64,000 nucleotides of DNA from Nitrososphaerales archaeon (GCA_965197925.1 CBDAOC010000013.1:20066-84065), one strand, 5' to 3'. Counted from the first letter of the stretch, positions 1 to 11,231 are shown. Numbers and translations: made by a program. The notes: generated from the sequence alone by a model not told the origin.

Positions 1-597
1 AAGCTTAAATTCGTACGATTCCATCACCTCGGTGGGACTACCGAGTGCAAACATGTTATATCCTAAGTTATTAAGGGAGTCCGCGGACAAAGCTATTAGA
101 TCTAGATGTTCTCCCCCTTGTATTGGACCAACCCAAATAGTTTTACTATTATTCATTAAGCCAATAGTTTCTTTCGCAGATTCAAGGGTTTGGTTAACAT
201 AAGATTCAGCAATATTGCGTTCAAGTTTAAAACCAGTTGGTTTGTCTAAAGGTATAGCAATGTCACTGCCTATACTCTCTTCAAAAAAAGCCATTTCTCT
301 TGGAGCGATATCTATATCTCCATACTCTAGAACTTGATAACCACCAGAGTCTGTCATGACAGCACCGCTAAAATTTATTATTTTATGTATGTCTTTGACA
401 TCATCACCGTAATACTTCTTAGTTATGTATGCATTTGTTATCAAAAGTTTGAATCCTAATTCATTAAACTTGTTAATTTCGATAGTCTGCTTTACAGGGT
501 GTATAACTGGAACAAAAGCGGGTGTTTCTACTGAACCATGTTGGGTTTCTAACCTACCTATTCTCGCGGCAAGATCAGTGTACCGTGCCTCAAACAA
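1..597 (-). CDS. tgtA: tRNA-guanine(15) transglycosylase (archaeosine TGT), 5' part; runs off the window
   Basis: Manual translation from TTG at 597, directly after the Lsm stop: MFEARYTDLAARIGRLETQHGSVETPAFVPVIHP; later has MTDSGGYQ and GPIQGG TGT motifs. Missing from the ORF track because it is truncated. Confidence 0.9.
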   Translation of the reverse strand, partial: MFEARYTDLAARIGRLETQHGSVETPAFVPVIHPVKQTIEINKFNELGFKLLITNAYITKKYYGDDVKDIHKIINFSGAVMTDSGGYQVLEYGDIDIAPREMAFFEESIGSDIAIPLDKPTGFKLERNIAESYVNQTLESAKETIGLMNNSKTIWVGPIQGGEHLDLIALSADSLNNLGYNMFALGSPTEVMESYEFKL

Positions 598-1005
598 CTA
601 CTTACTCTCCTTTGTGAACTGGGCATATATTGCTTTTACACGATCTGCAGCCAATCCGCTTCCCTGAACTCCTCTTTCAGTAATCTTGATGTTGTCCATA
701 ACTATTATGGTATTTTCAACTACCTTCACAAGACCAGGAAATAACTCATTCAGTCTTTCAATAAAGGCGCTCATATTCAATGACTTTATTAACTTTACTT
801 CCTTTACAAAATTTCCATTTATGATCAATCCATTGAATTCACCAGTAATATCTTCAAGTATAACATTCAAATTGTCATCAATAGAAACAAGCCGTCCTTC
901 ATATATACGACCTTCCGCCGTTTCTACACACACTCTCTTTCCTATGAACTGATATATTTCATCTTCAAATTTGGGCACTTTAGCTGTCATCTTGAAAGTG
1001 ATCAT
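598..1005 (-). CDS. Lsm/Sm-like RNA-binding protein with C-terminal extension (SmAP3-like)
   Basis: Sm1 motif GRIYEGRLVSIDDNLNVIL; Sm2-like IINGNFV; ~60-aa C-terminal domain. Confidence 0.85.
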   Translation of the reverse strand: MITFKMTAKVPKFEDEIYQFIGKRVCVETAEGRIYEGRLVSIDDNLNVILEDITGEFNGLIINGNFVKEVKLIKSLNMSAFIERLNELFPGLVKVVENTIIVMDNIKITERGVQGSGLAADRVKAIYAQFTKESK

Positions 1006-1020
1006 ACTTCTATTATAAAG

Positions 1021-1599
1021 TCACTTTTTAGGATAGCCCTTCTTATATTCAAAAAATTTCCACATATCATTATTTTCAATGATCAAAGACAACCAATCAA
1101 ATTTCCCTATAACGAATTTGGTCTTTCCTTTGAATGTATTTATTATTTTATCTGCTGTTGTTTCGGGTTTTAAAGCGGTGTTATTGAATTCTGCAACCTT
1201 ATTCTTCCCAAATTTCTTGACCGCATCGTACATGCATACACCAATTATCTCACTGGATAAATTACTAGCTATCTGTTGAGCTCCATAACCTCTTTTCTTA
1301 TACACGCTGGTCAATTCATAGGGAGAACGTCTTATTACAGCAACCATAGATGCATCACTCTTTTGCAGAACGTATGGAGCGAGATGCCCTACCAACAAAT
1401 TTTTCTTATTTACATGATCTCTTAGCGATACAGCTAACTTTCGCAGGTCAACCACATATCCTAAACTATCCTTTGATTTTATGGCATTATTTTTTATCGC
1501 AATAGTGTTTATTTCGATAAGGTCAAGAGAAAGTTTTCTTGCAACTATTTTAGCTAATGTGTGTTTCCCTACACCTGGATTTCCAGTTATTACCAACAT
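1021..1599 (-). CDS. Adenylate kinase, AK6/Fap7-like
   Basis: P-loop ITGNPGVGKHT; VGHLA motif; 192 aa. Confidence 0.85.
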   Translation of the reverse strand: MLVITGNPGVGKHTLAKIVARKLSLDLIEINTIAIKNNAIKSKDSLGYVVDLRKLAVSLRDHVNKKNLLVGHLAPYVLQKSDASMVAVIRRSPYELTSVYKKRGYGAQQIASNLSSEIIGVCMYDAVKKFGKNKVAEFNNTALKPETTADKIINTFKGKTKFVIGKFDWLSLIIENNDMWKFFEYKKGYPKK

Positions 1600-1741
1600 G
1601 TCTTATCAAAACAATTTATCAAAACAAAGTTATGTGAATCAACACTCTATTTATTTATTCAATGTTTGGTTAGAATTACCTTACCTAACATTGAAAATTA
1701 GTTACCATACCATTAAATCTAAGCATGAATGACCCATTGAT

Positions 1742-2938
1742 ATGATAATAGGATTATTGGGCAAAACAAATGTAGGAAAATCAACGTTATTTAACGCTGC
1801 AACACAACTGAATGCCCCTATTGCAAATCATCCCTTCACCACGATTAATCCAAATGTTGGTATAGCATATTCTAGGGTAAAATGTGTATGTAAAGAGTTT
1901 GGTGTCAAGGATAATCCTGTTCATTCTGTGTGTATTGATGGCAACAGATTCATACCTGTGAAACTCATTGACATCGCTGGCCTCGTTCCGGATGCACATG
2001 AAGGAAGAGGTCTAGGAAACAAGTTTCTTGATGATGCAAGACAAGCTGATGCCTTGATCCATGTTGTAGATGTATCGGGTTCTACAGATAGCGAGGGCAG
2101 GCCATGCACTCCAGGAACCCATGATCCCATGTTTGACGTAGAATTCGTTGAAAAGGAGTTTGATTTATGGTTGGCTGGACTATTAAATCGTGATTGGGAG
2201 AAGTTGGTAAAAGAGGAAGAAAATCAGACTCAAAAACTCGAGCAATTACTTGCTACCAAATTAAGCGGTCTATCCATAAACGAAAGTCACGTAGTAGAAG
2301 TTCTGCGGAAGTTCAAAGTAGGAAAATTATCTGTATGGAACAAGAATGATGTCTTTAACTTTTGCAAGGCTTTAAGAGAAATATCCAAGCCAATTGTAAT
2401 AGCTGCAAATAAGGCTGATATTCCCCCTGCAGAAGAGAACATATCGAAACTTCAGAAATCTGGCAGGATCATCATACCAAGTGCATCAGAAGCAGAACTT
2501 CTTTTGAGGAGAGCTTCGAGCAAAGATCTGATTGATTATAAACCAGGTGATGATCTATTCAAGGTAAAGAATGAAAGCATGTTGACGAGCCAACAAAAGA
2601 AGGCACTTGAATTAGTTAGAACTTTCATGGATAGATCAGGAACAACGGGGATTCAGCGGGTAATAAATGAAACATGTTTCAATTTACTTAACATGATAGT
2701 AGCATATCCAGTTGAGGATGAAAATAAGTTAACCGATAAAAAAGGTAATATCCTCCCAGATGCATATATGATAAAGGCAAACTCAACGGTAAAAGATCTT
2801 TCGACCATCATACATAGCGATCTGGCAAAGGGATTCTTGCATGCCGTAGATGTAAGAAGTAAGCAATTGATTGGCTCAGATCACAAGCTAAATGACGGTG
2901 ATGTAATCAAGATAGTCTCTACGATGAGCAGGGGATAG
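1742..2938 (+). CDS. ychF: YchF/OLA1 Obg-like ATPase
   Basis: GKTNVGKST, PFTTINPN, DIAGLV, GLGNKFL, ANKAD; C-terminal TGS domain. Confidence 0.92.
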   Translation: MIIGLLGKTNVGKSTLFNAATQLNAPIANHPFTTINPNVGIAYSRVKCVCKEFGVKDNPVHSVCIDGNRFIPVKLIDIAGLVPDAHEGRGLGNKFLDDARQADALIHVVDVSGSTDSEGRPCTPGTHDPMFDVEFVEKEFDLWLAGLLNRDWEKLVKEEENQTQKLEQLLATKLSGLSINESHVVEVLRKFKVGKLSVWNKNDVFNFCKALREISKPIVIAANKADIPPAEENISKLQKSGRIIIPSASEAELLLRRASSKDLIDYKPGDDLFKVKNESMLTSQQKKALELVRTFMDRSGTTGIQRVINETCFNLLNMIVAYPVEDENKLTDKKGNILPDAYMIKANSTVKDLSTIIHSDLAKGFLHAVDVRSKQLIGSDHKLNDGDVIKIVSTMSRG

Positions 2939-2940
2939 AG

Positions 2941-3933
2941 ATGCTTTGCCTAGGAATTGAGAGCACAGCTCACACTTTTTCATGTTCTATTATTGAGCTT
3001 ATTAATAAAAAGGGCAAGATTCTTTCAGATATCAGAAGTGTGTATAAACCCCCACTAGGTTCTGGCATCCATCCCAGGGAAGCTTCGAGACATCATGCTG
3101 ATATTAGTTCAAAAGTGTTGCTTGATGCATTGAAAACTGCAAAGATTAACTTGGGTGATGTTAACGTGATAGCATACTCGGCGGGCCCTGGACTTGGACC
3201 ATGCCTTAGAGTTGGTGCTGTGGTTGCTCGATGTTTAGCTGGATTTTATAAGAAACCGCTAGTGCCAGTAAATCATGCAATAGGCCATCTAGAACTTGGT
3301 ATTCTTCTTACAGGTGCCAAAGATCCTGTTGTACTGTTGGTCTCGGGCGGGCATTCTATGATACTTGCATACTCGAACAGGAAATGGCGTGTGTTTGGTG
3401 AAACTTTGGACATAACTATAGGGCAGCTGCTGGATCAATTTGGTAGAGCCGTTGGTTTTTCGTCTCCATGTGGATCAAAGATAGAGAAACTTGCGACAAA
3501 GTCAAATAACTATCTGCAATTGCCATATACTGTCAAAGGAAACGATGTATCATATTCTGGGCTGCTTACTGCTGCTAAGGTGGCTATCGAAAGCAAGAAA
3601 CTAGAAGATGTCAGTTTCTCGCTGCAGGAAACTGCATTTGCAATGCTTACGGAAACGACTGAACGTGCACTAGCTTTTTGCAACAAGAGGGAATTACTGG
3701 TAGTCGGTGGTGTTGCTGCAAATATGCGTCTTACTGACATGCTTAAAGGTGTATGTAAAAGGCAGAATACAAAATTTTTTGTAATACCAACGAACTATGC
3801 CGGTGATTGTGGTGCACAGATAGGTTGGACTGGAATGCTTGATTATAAGGCTGGGATCCGAGCCAAGATCGAAGAAGCATTTGTAAGACAGTCGTGGCGA
3901 CTAGATACCGTAGATATTAATCGGAAGAACTAA
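2941..3933 (+). CDS. kae1: KEOPS t6A synthase Kae1
   Basis: LGIESTAHT, GPGLGPCL, VNHAIGHLE, VSGGHS, GETLDI. Confidence 0.95.
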   Translation: MLCLGIESTAHTFSCSIIELINKKGKILSDIRSVYKPPLGSGIHPREASRHHADISSKVLLDALKTAKINLGDVNVIAYSAGPGLGPCLRVGAVVARCLAGFYKKPLVPVNHAIGHLELGILLTGAKDPVVLLVSGGHSMILAYSNRKWRVFGETLDITIGQLLDQFGRAVGFSSPCGSKIEKLATKSNNYLQLPYTVKGNDVSYSGLLTAAKVAIESKKLEDVSFSLQETAFAMLTETTERALAFCNKRELLVVGGVAANMRLTDMLKGVCKRQNTKFFVIPTNYAGDCGAQIGWTGMLDYKAGIRAKIEEAFVRQSWRLDTVDINRKN

Positions 3934-4255
3934 AAGTCTTCATCGCGTCATCTATAGTGTTCCTCCACTTGCCAGAGCTGAAAACGCCAAACTTGTATAA
4001 CTCACTTCCAACATCCCCGGAGACCTCTATGACTACCTTCTTAGCAAGCCAACCTTCAGTCTTAACATGTTTGATATTGTGTATGGGTACTTCAAGGACA
4101 ACTTCGTTTAATTTTTTGCTTAGTGTAAGCATGCGCACTTTACCCTTCTGGAATATTAGCCTCTGATTGGTGAGCGTGAGATAACCAGATCCAAGCTTGT
4201 CCTCACCACAGTCTTCCTGCATGATTATTTTTTCACCCTCTTTCTGCTCTACCAT
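3917..4255 (-). CDS. Hypothetical PH/GRAM-like domain protein
   Basis: GYLTLTNQRLIF beta-strand signature and a terminal W-containing helix. Confidence 0.6.
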   Translation of the reverse strand: MVEQKEGEKIIMQEDCGEDKLGSGYLTLTNQRLIFQKGKVRMLTLSKKLNEVVLEVPIHNIKHVKTEGWLAKKVVIEVSGDVGSELYKFGVFSSGKWRNTIDDAMKTFSSSD

Positions 4256-4293
4256 AAGTAGAGTTTAATTTGATGGCCTAAGTTATAACTTTA

Positions 4294-4911
4294 ATGATGT
4301 TGATCAAAAAGGGGGCGGAAGCAAATATTTACCTTGTTGACTGGTATGGTAAGAAAGCTGTGATGAAGATTAGAAAACCGAAGAGATACAGAAACAAGAT
4401 ACTTGATGTAGAGATCAATAAAAAACGTACAATACATGAAGCTGAAATGCTTTCAAATGCCAAAAGAGCTGGTGTCACAACACCTTTGCTTTATTTTGTA
4501 GATCCACAACGCGGAGAAATAATAATGCAATATATTAAGGGAAAGCTTGCCCGGGATATACTCCCAAAAGATCTACAAGTGTGTAAAAGGATAGGGATCT
4601 ATACCGCAAAATTGCATGAAAATAATATTGTGCATGGCGACTTGACCACATCTAATTTTATAATCAATAATGATAAACTTGTCTTGATTGATTTTGGTTT
4701 ATCATATCATTCTGAAAGGGTTGAAGATAAGGCCGTTGACATCCGCCTTATTAAAGAAATCATGAGCAGTGCCCATTCAGTTGTGTTCAAAAGTGCATTC
4801 GGGAATTTTATTAATGGATACAGAAGCATCTCTGGTGAAACGCTAACTTCAAAAATTGTTAGGAAAGTAGCTGAGATAGAAGGGAGAGGTCGCTATGCGA
4901 AAATCACCTGA
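4294..4911 (+). CDS. bud32: KEOPS kinase Bud32
   Basis: KGAEA, IVHGDLTTSN, IDFGL, VDI, RGRY C-terminus. Confidence 0.95.
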   Translation: MMLIKKGAEANIYLVDWYGKKAVMKIRKPKRYRNKILDVEINKKRTIHEAEMLSNAKRAGVTTPLLYFVDPQRGEIIMQYIKGKLARDILPKDLQVCKRIGIYTAKLHENNIVHGDLTTSNFIINNDKLVLIDFGLSYHSERVEDKAVDIRLIKEIMSSAHSVVFKSAFGNFINGYRSISGETLTSKIVRKVAEIEGRGRYAKIT

Positions 4912-5464
4912 ATTATACTTTGCTACAACAAATTCAAATAAGTTCAACGAGGTTAAGACTATACTTTCCTATCATGATATAGAAGTAAAGATGGCAAAAA
5001 TTGATCTATTTGAAATACAATCAGATAATTTGGAAAAAATAGCAATGGAGAAGGCAAAAGATGCTTGTAGAAGACTAAATTCAAACGTAATTGTCGAAGA
5101 CGACGGTTTATTTATAAAATCTCTGAATGGATTCCCTGGACCTTATTCTTCATTTGTATTTAGGACTATAGGAAACCTCGGTATTACTCAGTTGATGAAA
5201 GCATACGATGATTGCACTGCGACGTTCAGATCAGTAATTGCTTATATCGAGCCAAAAAAATTAAAATTAATCTTTGTGGCAAACGTTAATGGCAATATTT
5301 CCACAGAGATAAGGGGTAAAGGCTGGGGATATGATCCTATCTTCATACCTGATGATTCCGGAGGAAGAACATACGCGGAATTAGCAGACACAAAAAACGA
5401 ATTATCACATAGGAAGCTTGCATTAAACAAAATGATACAGTGGATGAAGAATTATGAACACTAA
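4895..5464 (+). CDS. rdgB: Non-canonical purine NTP pyrophosphatase (RdgB/HAM1)
   Basis: FATTNSNKFNE, EDDGL, LNGFPGPYS, GWGYDPIF, SHRKLA. Confidence 0.95.
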   Translation: MRKSPELYFATTNSNKFNEVKTILSYHDIEVKMAKIDLFEIQSDNLEKIAMEKAKDACRRLNSNVIVEDDGLFIKSLNGFPGPYSSFVFRTIGNLGITQLMKAYDDCTATFRSVIAYIEPKKLKLIFVANVNGNISTEIRGKGWGYDPIFIPDDSGGRTYAELADTKNELSHRKLALNKMIQWMKNYEH

Positions 5465-5696
5465 TTATTTTCTAGAAAATACTAAAATGGTGTATAATAT
5501 CACATCTTCTGATATCCTGTAGATTAACAAATCTTGGGTTCTATTTTTTAGATTAATAGCAAGACTTACCATAATTCAGAATGATATCTTTGGCAAATAG
5601 TATAAGAGTGAGTCGAAACCATTGCGCTTAATATTTATTCATCATCACAAAGGTTTGAATATTTACTAAAGTATATTCAGGAATTATTCTAACTTA

Positions 5697-6745
5697 GAGC
5701 CTATCTTAAAATTAACAATCATAGCCTAATTGTTTATACCGAAACAGATCTAGATCTGTTCTCTCTAGCTAAATTTGTGAGAAAATCAAAGAAAAAGAGC
5801 ATGCCGACCATATAGAACATACCAAATGATCTATGGGTAGAGTTCAAACTAGTGTTGCCACCAGAGAAACCAGCAAGAACAGTTGGAAGACCAGCTGTAC
5901 CATTTAGAAAAGTGTTGAATGGAATACTGTACGTATTAAGAACTGGATGCCAGTGGAAGAAGGTATCTAAAGAATTTGGTTCTGGTTCAACTTGCCATGC
6001 AAGATTTCAGGAATGGATTGGGATAGGAGTATTCAAGAAGGTATGGAAGAGGCTGCTGGAAATATATGATGAATTGAAGAGCATGGGATGGGACTGGCAA
6101 TCCATGGATAGCGTACCGAAGGCCCCATTAGGGGGAAAACAACCGGAGCAAATCCAACGGATAGAGGCAAGCTAGGTACCAAACGTCACATGCTGGTTGA
6201 TAGAAGAGGAGTACCTCTCTCATCTGTAATTACTGAAGCAAATAAACACGATATGAAATCAGCCTTTCCTACAATAGATAGCATTGTTGTTGATAGGCCC
6301 AAAGTTAAACAGAACATATGCATGAATAGGATATGATTTTCCAGAGATAGAGTATGGAGTATGAAATATGGAGTTAGGAAGGGGATATGTGGATCACATT
6401 CGTCATAAGGGTGAAGTGTTGAAAAAGAATTTATACAAAGCAAAGAGATGGGTTGTAGAAAGAACCGCATCTTGGCATAACAGGTTCAGAAAGTTATTGG
6501 TAAGGTTCGAGAAGAGAGAGGAAAATTATCAGGCGCTAGTAGAATTGGCTAACTGTCTAATAGTATACAGAGCAATTCACTGGTAAGCTCATATGATTTT
6601 GGAATTACTATAGCGTGCGCTTTCTACAAAATTGATAAAATCACACCCAGGAAGAGATGTATATATTTATTTTCCATCATTCCGATTTAATTATTGCTAG
6701 TATGAGCAGCGTACAATCTATGGAATAGGATTTTCGGATAGGCTC
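5697..6745 (+). mobile_element. IS5-family element 'A' (IS1031/IS427-like), transposase disrupted
   Basis: TIRs GAGCCTATCTTAAAAT (5697) and revcomp GAGCCTATCCGAAAAT (6745); TTA on both flanks (3-bp TSD). Fragments NGILYVLRTGCQW and KRWVVERTASWHNRFRKL; in-frame stops. Confidence 0.88.
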
Positions 6746-6849
6746 TTAATTCAATATGCAGTATAAATCTAATAAAATTAAAGTATCTATAACATTAAAC
6801 AATCTTACTAAATCTAACCGAATATATAAAACATTTCAGTCAGGTCTAC

Positions 6850-7458
6850 ATGGTTGTCAATGATGAAGATCGGGCTAAAGAATATCTTCGAAAATATTCT
6901 AGTTTAACTTCGATTCTATCACAGATACTACCCATTTTACTTTTGACACTTGTAAGTAGTATACTAACAGGGTTTTTGTTTTTGAATATGAAAGAGTCAC
7001 TTGAATTGTTACCAGGTCTACTATTATTAATACCCGCAGTCATGGGCACTAGAGGAGGTATTTACGGTGCATTCGGCTCCAAGTTAGCGACGGGGCTACA
7101 TCTTGGTATCGTTGAACCTAGGTTTGTGACTAACAGAAATGTAAACAATGCTATTGCAACAGCGCTGATCAATAGTTTAGTGATCTCAACTGTAATTCCA
7201 TTTGTTGCGTATGTATTATTGCTTCTAATTGGGCTTAACACAATCCCTCTTTGGGCGTTAGTAGTTATTTCTCTTCTTGCAGGTGTGATCAGTGGGTTGA
7301 TACTTTTAGGTATAGTTATTCTAATAACATTCAATAGTTTTAGGAGAGGAATAGATCCAGATAATTTAGTTGGCCCCTTAGTGACAGTGACTGGCGACAT
7401 ATTCAGCATTTTAGCTCTCTTAGCGTCTGCAAAAATAGTCTTGGTGTTTATTTCATGA
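6850..7458 (+). CDS. MgtE-type integral membrane transporter subunit
   Basis: PAVMGTRGGIYGAFGSKL and GIDPDNLVGPLVTVTGD SLC41/MgtE motifs. Confidence 0.88.
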   Translation: MVVNDEDRAKEYLRKYSSLTSILSQILPILLLTLVSSILTGFLFLNMKESLELLPGLLLLIPAVMGTRGGIYGAFGSKLATGLHLGIVEPRFVTNRNVNNAIATALINSLVISTVIPFVAYVLLLLIGLNTIPLWALVVISLLAGVISGLILLGIVILITFNSFRRGIDPDNLVGPLVTVTGDIFSILALLASAKIVLVFIS

Positions 7459-8027
7459 GTGAAAATTCTGATAGAATCTACTGGAGTATTGGAAGCATGC
7501 TCAAGACAACAATGCCAATACTGTTGGGAATGACAGTTCTAGGCATCTTAGCAGGGATAATATTGGAGTCATTCGCGCAAAAATTATTCGAATTTCCTTC
7601 CATCTTTGTGTTGGTTCCTGCTTTGATCGGCATAGGAGGAAACCTTGGTGCAATCTTCGGCTCCAGACTGTCTACTGGAATCCATCTTGGCATTCTTGAA
7701 TTCAGACTAGACAACTTAATGTTCAGAAATAACTTGTTAGCGGTTTCAATAGCAAGTATGTTCATTTTCGTGGTGCTGGGATTTGTTGGATACATCATCA
7801 CGAATGCTGTCGGTATTGGGATGTTGCCTCTTGTAACCGTGATTGTACTTTCTATCTTATCTGGGCTTATACTTATAGCAGCCTTGATACCCACCTCAAT
7901 AATTGTAGCATACATAAGTTATAGGAAGGGTGTAGATCCCGATGACACCATCATTCCAGTTGTAACTTCTATAGGAGACATAATTGGGCTAATGGCGCTC
8001 TTTATAGTGATCGTGTTATTATTATAG
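7455..8027 (+). CDS. MgtE-type integral membrane transporter subunit (second)
   Basis: PALIGIGGNLGAIFGSRL, GVDPDDTIIPVVTSIGD; 4-bp overlap with the previous gene. Confidence 0.88.
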   Translation: MSENSDRIYWSIGSMLKTTMPILLGMTVLGILAGIILESFAQKLFEFPSIFVLVPALIGIGGNLGAIFGSRLSTGIHLGILEFRLDNLMFRNNLLAVSIASMFIFVVLGFVGYIITNAVGIGMLPLVTVIVLSILSGLILIAALIPTSIIVAYISYRKGVDPDDTIIPVVTSIGDIIGLMALFIVIVLLL

Positions 8028-8055
8028 CTGTTTCACAAATTGAGTTGTATTAGTT

Positions 8056-9273
8056 ATGGGTTTGAAAAGAACTGGGCATCTGAAGTACAGACCTACAACT
8101 GTGAAGGAGATAATTTCAGAGATACGTGACACCGCAGAGCTAATGCTGGATTTATCGTATTCAAGCATACTATTCAAGGAGAAACACTTTGGTGAAGAGG
8201 TAATTGAACTTGAGAAGAAGATTGATGAGCTGATCTTCATGGGCAGAGCTTCTGTAATGCTTTCAGCCAGGGGAATGGAGGAGGTGCAGAGCTTGACTGG
8301 TGTTCTGCAAATAATAGATTCATCTGCCCAGATTAGCTATGGGGCAGTTGATCTTGCAAAGATACATGTATCAGATATTGGAATGCCTTCAACATTTCTA
8401 CATACCATACATCTGGTTGAAGAAACATTGGCAACCTTGATAGTACCAGAAGAGTCTAGAGCTGTGAAGAATAGTGTTCATACACTAGAACAAGAAACAG
8501 GTATGCGCATAATAGCCATTAAAAGATCTGTGGGTGAATGGATAATCAACCCTACGGGTGATGTTGTAATACACAAAAAAGATCGGATAATTGCAAAGGG
8601 ACCATTTGAAGCTTTAGAAGAGTTACAAGTCTTCTGTACAGGTAAGCATGAAGTGTTTCCAAGTTTGAACGAATTGAAGGAACCAAAAGTTGTTCGCACT
8701 ATAAGAGAAACTGTGGTGGAAATGATGACCTTATCTCAGTTATCAATTGATCTTGCATACTCTTCAGTGCTATTCAATAGCAACGAAATTGCACATGAGG
8801 TTGCCATGATAGAGGACAAATTAGAGGTTCTAAGAGGAGATCTAGAAGAACAAATTTTAAAATACGCAAAAACAGCGGAATGTTTGAAAGAGTTAAGAGG
8901 TTTGCTGCGAATTGCTACAGCTTCTGAAAAGATTTCTGATGCAAGCAAGGATATTGCAGATATTTTGTTGAGCGGTGTAGGTTTGCATCCTATACTTCTT
9001 TATGCTATAAAGGAGAGTGATGAGGTAATAACTAAGGTAGAAATTGAAGAAAAGAGCCCCCTTGACGGCAAATCAATAGCGGAATCCGAGATTGAAGTAG
9101 AAACAGGTATGGATATTATCGCAATAAAAAAACCAAATATCGGGAGGTGGCAATTCCATCCAAAAGGGGATCATAAATTAGAATCTAACGACATAATTAT
9201 TGCAAGGGGTTTGAAGGAAGGAGATCGAAGATTGCACAAATTGGCAAAGAGTAGGAACAGGTATGTAGATTAA
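8056..9273 (+). CDS. Tandem PhoU + TrkA-C (RCK_C) regulatory protein
   Basis: Duplicated LMLDLSYSS/LSIDLAYSS helical units, each followed by an ETGMxIIAIK RCK_C unit. Confidence 0.8.
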   Translation: MGLKRTGHLKYRPTTVKEIISEIRDTAELMLDLSYSSILFKEKHFGEEVIELEKKIDELIFMGRASVMLSARGMEEVQSLTGVLQIIDSSAQISYGAVDLAKIHVSDIGMPSTFLHTIHLVEETLATLIVPEESRAVKNSVHTLEQETGMRIIAIKRSVGEWIINPTGDVVIHKKDRIIAKGPFEALEELQVFCTGKHEVFPSLNELKEPKVVRTIRETVVEMMTLSQLSIDLAYSSVLFNSNEIAHEVAMIEDKLEVLRGDLEEQILKYAKTAECLKELRGLLRIATASEKISDASKDIADILLSGVGLHPILLYAIKESDEVITKVEIEEKSPLDGKSIAESEIEVETGMDIIAIKKPNIGRWQFHPKGDHKLESNDIIIARGLKEGDRRLHKLAKSRNRYVD

Positions 9274-9295
9274 TCACCACCCATAATCCCTAGTT

Positions 9296-10468
9296 ATGTT
9301 AAGAGATGCTATTGATAAAGTTGAAAGTAATTTTGATGAAATACTTCTTACAGCATCTGAGATGATAAAAATTCCGAGCAGGAACCCTCCAGGAGAAGAG
9401 AGGAAGTGTGCTGAATATATCTATTCAAGACTGAAAGAATTGGGGTACGAAACCTATATGATAAATGAACCTTTCGAAGATAGACCGCAAGTAATAGGGC
9501 TGTTGAGAGGAAGAAGTACCGATACCGTAATGTTAAACGGTCATATAGACACTGTGCCAGAAGGCAATCCAGAAAGCTGGAGCATGGACCCATTTTCAGG
9601 TGAAACAAGAGACGGTTTTCTTTATGGAAGAGGTGCGGTAGATATGAAGAGCAGCTTAGCAATAATGATGCATGCGGCAAAATTTGCAGAATCAGACGGT
9701 AGCCTGTTGCTTACCTTTGCAATTGGTGAAGAGAGGGCAGAACCAGGAACATCATTATTGTTATCATGGATAAATAGATTTGATCTTAAGATAAAATATG
9801 GACTGGTAATGGAACCTACAGGAATGCAAGTTGCTACCCATCAGAAGGGAGCTGTTTGGTTCAATATCAAGATTAATGGTAGAGCCACACATGCATCTTT
9901 GCCAAGTGAAGGGATTAATGCAATTGAGATCGCTAACTATATGATGCAAACAATTCAAGATTACAAAAATGAAATAGGAAAGAGATCACATAACCTTGAA
10001 GCCATTGAGACATGCAGTATCACTAAGATCAATGGAGGGGTAAAAGAAAACATGATTCCTGATAGGTGTGAAGTCGTTATAGACAGGAGGTTAGTTCCAG
10101 GAGAATCAACAAATCAAGTTGAAAATGAATTTTCATCATTATTTGATAAAATGCAAGTGGATTATAAAATTACAAAACTTGGCTCAAGAGAACCTGTAGA
10201 GCTGTCAAATGATTCCTTACTAGCAAAAACTATTCTGGATGTGATGCGTCAGTTGGAAATCCAAAGTGGTACCATATGTTTTACCGGAGCAACCGATAAT
10301 GAATATTTGGTTGCCAACGGAATAGAAAGTTTGGTTTGGGGGCCCGGAGAGCTGAGGTATGCTCATGCCATAGACGAACGAATAAGCATTAGTGATTTTA
10401 AAAATGCTACTACTACACTTGTGATTACATTGAACAAATTACTTCAAACCACTTCTGTAAACGGTTAA
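9296..10468 (+). CDS. M20 family metallopeptidase (ArgE/DapE-like)
   Basis: LNGHIDTVP, GRGAVDMK, GEE, MEP, AHAIDE. Confidence 0.9.
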   Translation: MLRDAIDKVESNFDEILLTASEMIKIPSRNPPGEERKCAEYIYSRLKELGYETYMINEPFEDRPQVIGLLRGRSTDTVMLNGHIDTVPEGNPESWSMDPFSGETRDGFLYGRGAVDMKSSLAIMMHAAKFAESDGSLLLTFAIGEERAEPGTSLLLSWINRFDLKIKYGLVMEPTGMQVATHQKGAVWFNIKINGRATHASLPSEGINAIEIANYMMQTIQDYKNEIGKRSHNLEAIETCSITKINGGVKENMIPDRCEVVIDRRLVPGESTNQVENEFSSLFDKMQVDYKITKLGSREPVELSNDSLLAKTILDVMRQLEIQSGTICFTGATDNEYLVANGIESLVWGPGELRYAHAIDERISISDFKNATTTLVITLNKLLQTTSVNG

Positions 10469-11231
10469 TCAGATATAATAAATACATTTCCTTCAATATC
10501 AATGAAGAAGATAATCATCTAGCACTAAAATGGTATATAGTAGTGTTAATGAGTTCAAGTTTATTTTGTTATAGCATTTGTGAGATCAAGGAAAAGTATA
10601 GAAAATATTCACATTTTGAGAACTTAAATTTCAGTATACATGATCGCAAAAGGCTAACTCTTGGGAATTATATAATCAATTAATAGTTAGGAAGTAATTT
10701 TTTCCTCTACCAAATATTCAATCTCAGAAAAAAGTCAGTCTTTCTTACACACATGATTTTATGGTTTACATTCTAAAGCAATTAGGATATCAAAAATTGA
10801 CAACAAATCCAGTATTAATGCAAGAACTGCTTGCACCTGGTTGTATTTAAGCTGCAAGATGGTCAGATAGTAATAGACAGGGGTTTTCAAGAAATATTAC
10901 AGACAGAGATGTGTTTGAATGGATTGGACCAAAAACGATCTATAGCAAATTTAGCACGACTCTATTTTCCCTATTTAACAAACGAGAAGATAATAGATTA
11001 TTCTTTTTTTATAGAGACATTTATTTTGCGGAATTAGAATTTACGTAATCGATACATTGATATTTTTATGTTAACGAATTATAACGAGGAATAGTAATTC
11101 CAAGAAAAAGTTGGATGGGTTAAGTTTACTGCTTGGAAAGTCCTTTGTAATCATATATTTTCTGGTAGTAGGTTATTCCTATATCCTTAACGTAATCTAT
11201 TTAAAATCCATACGGTCGCGCTAGATATGTA

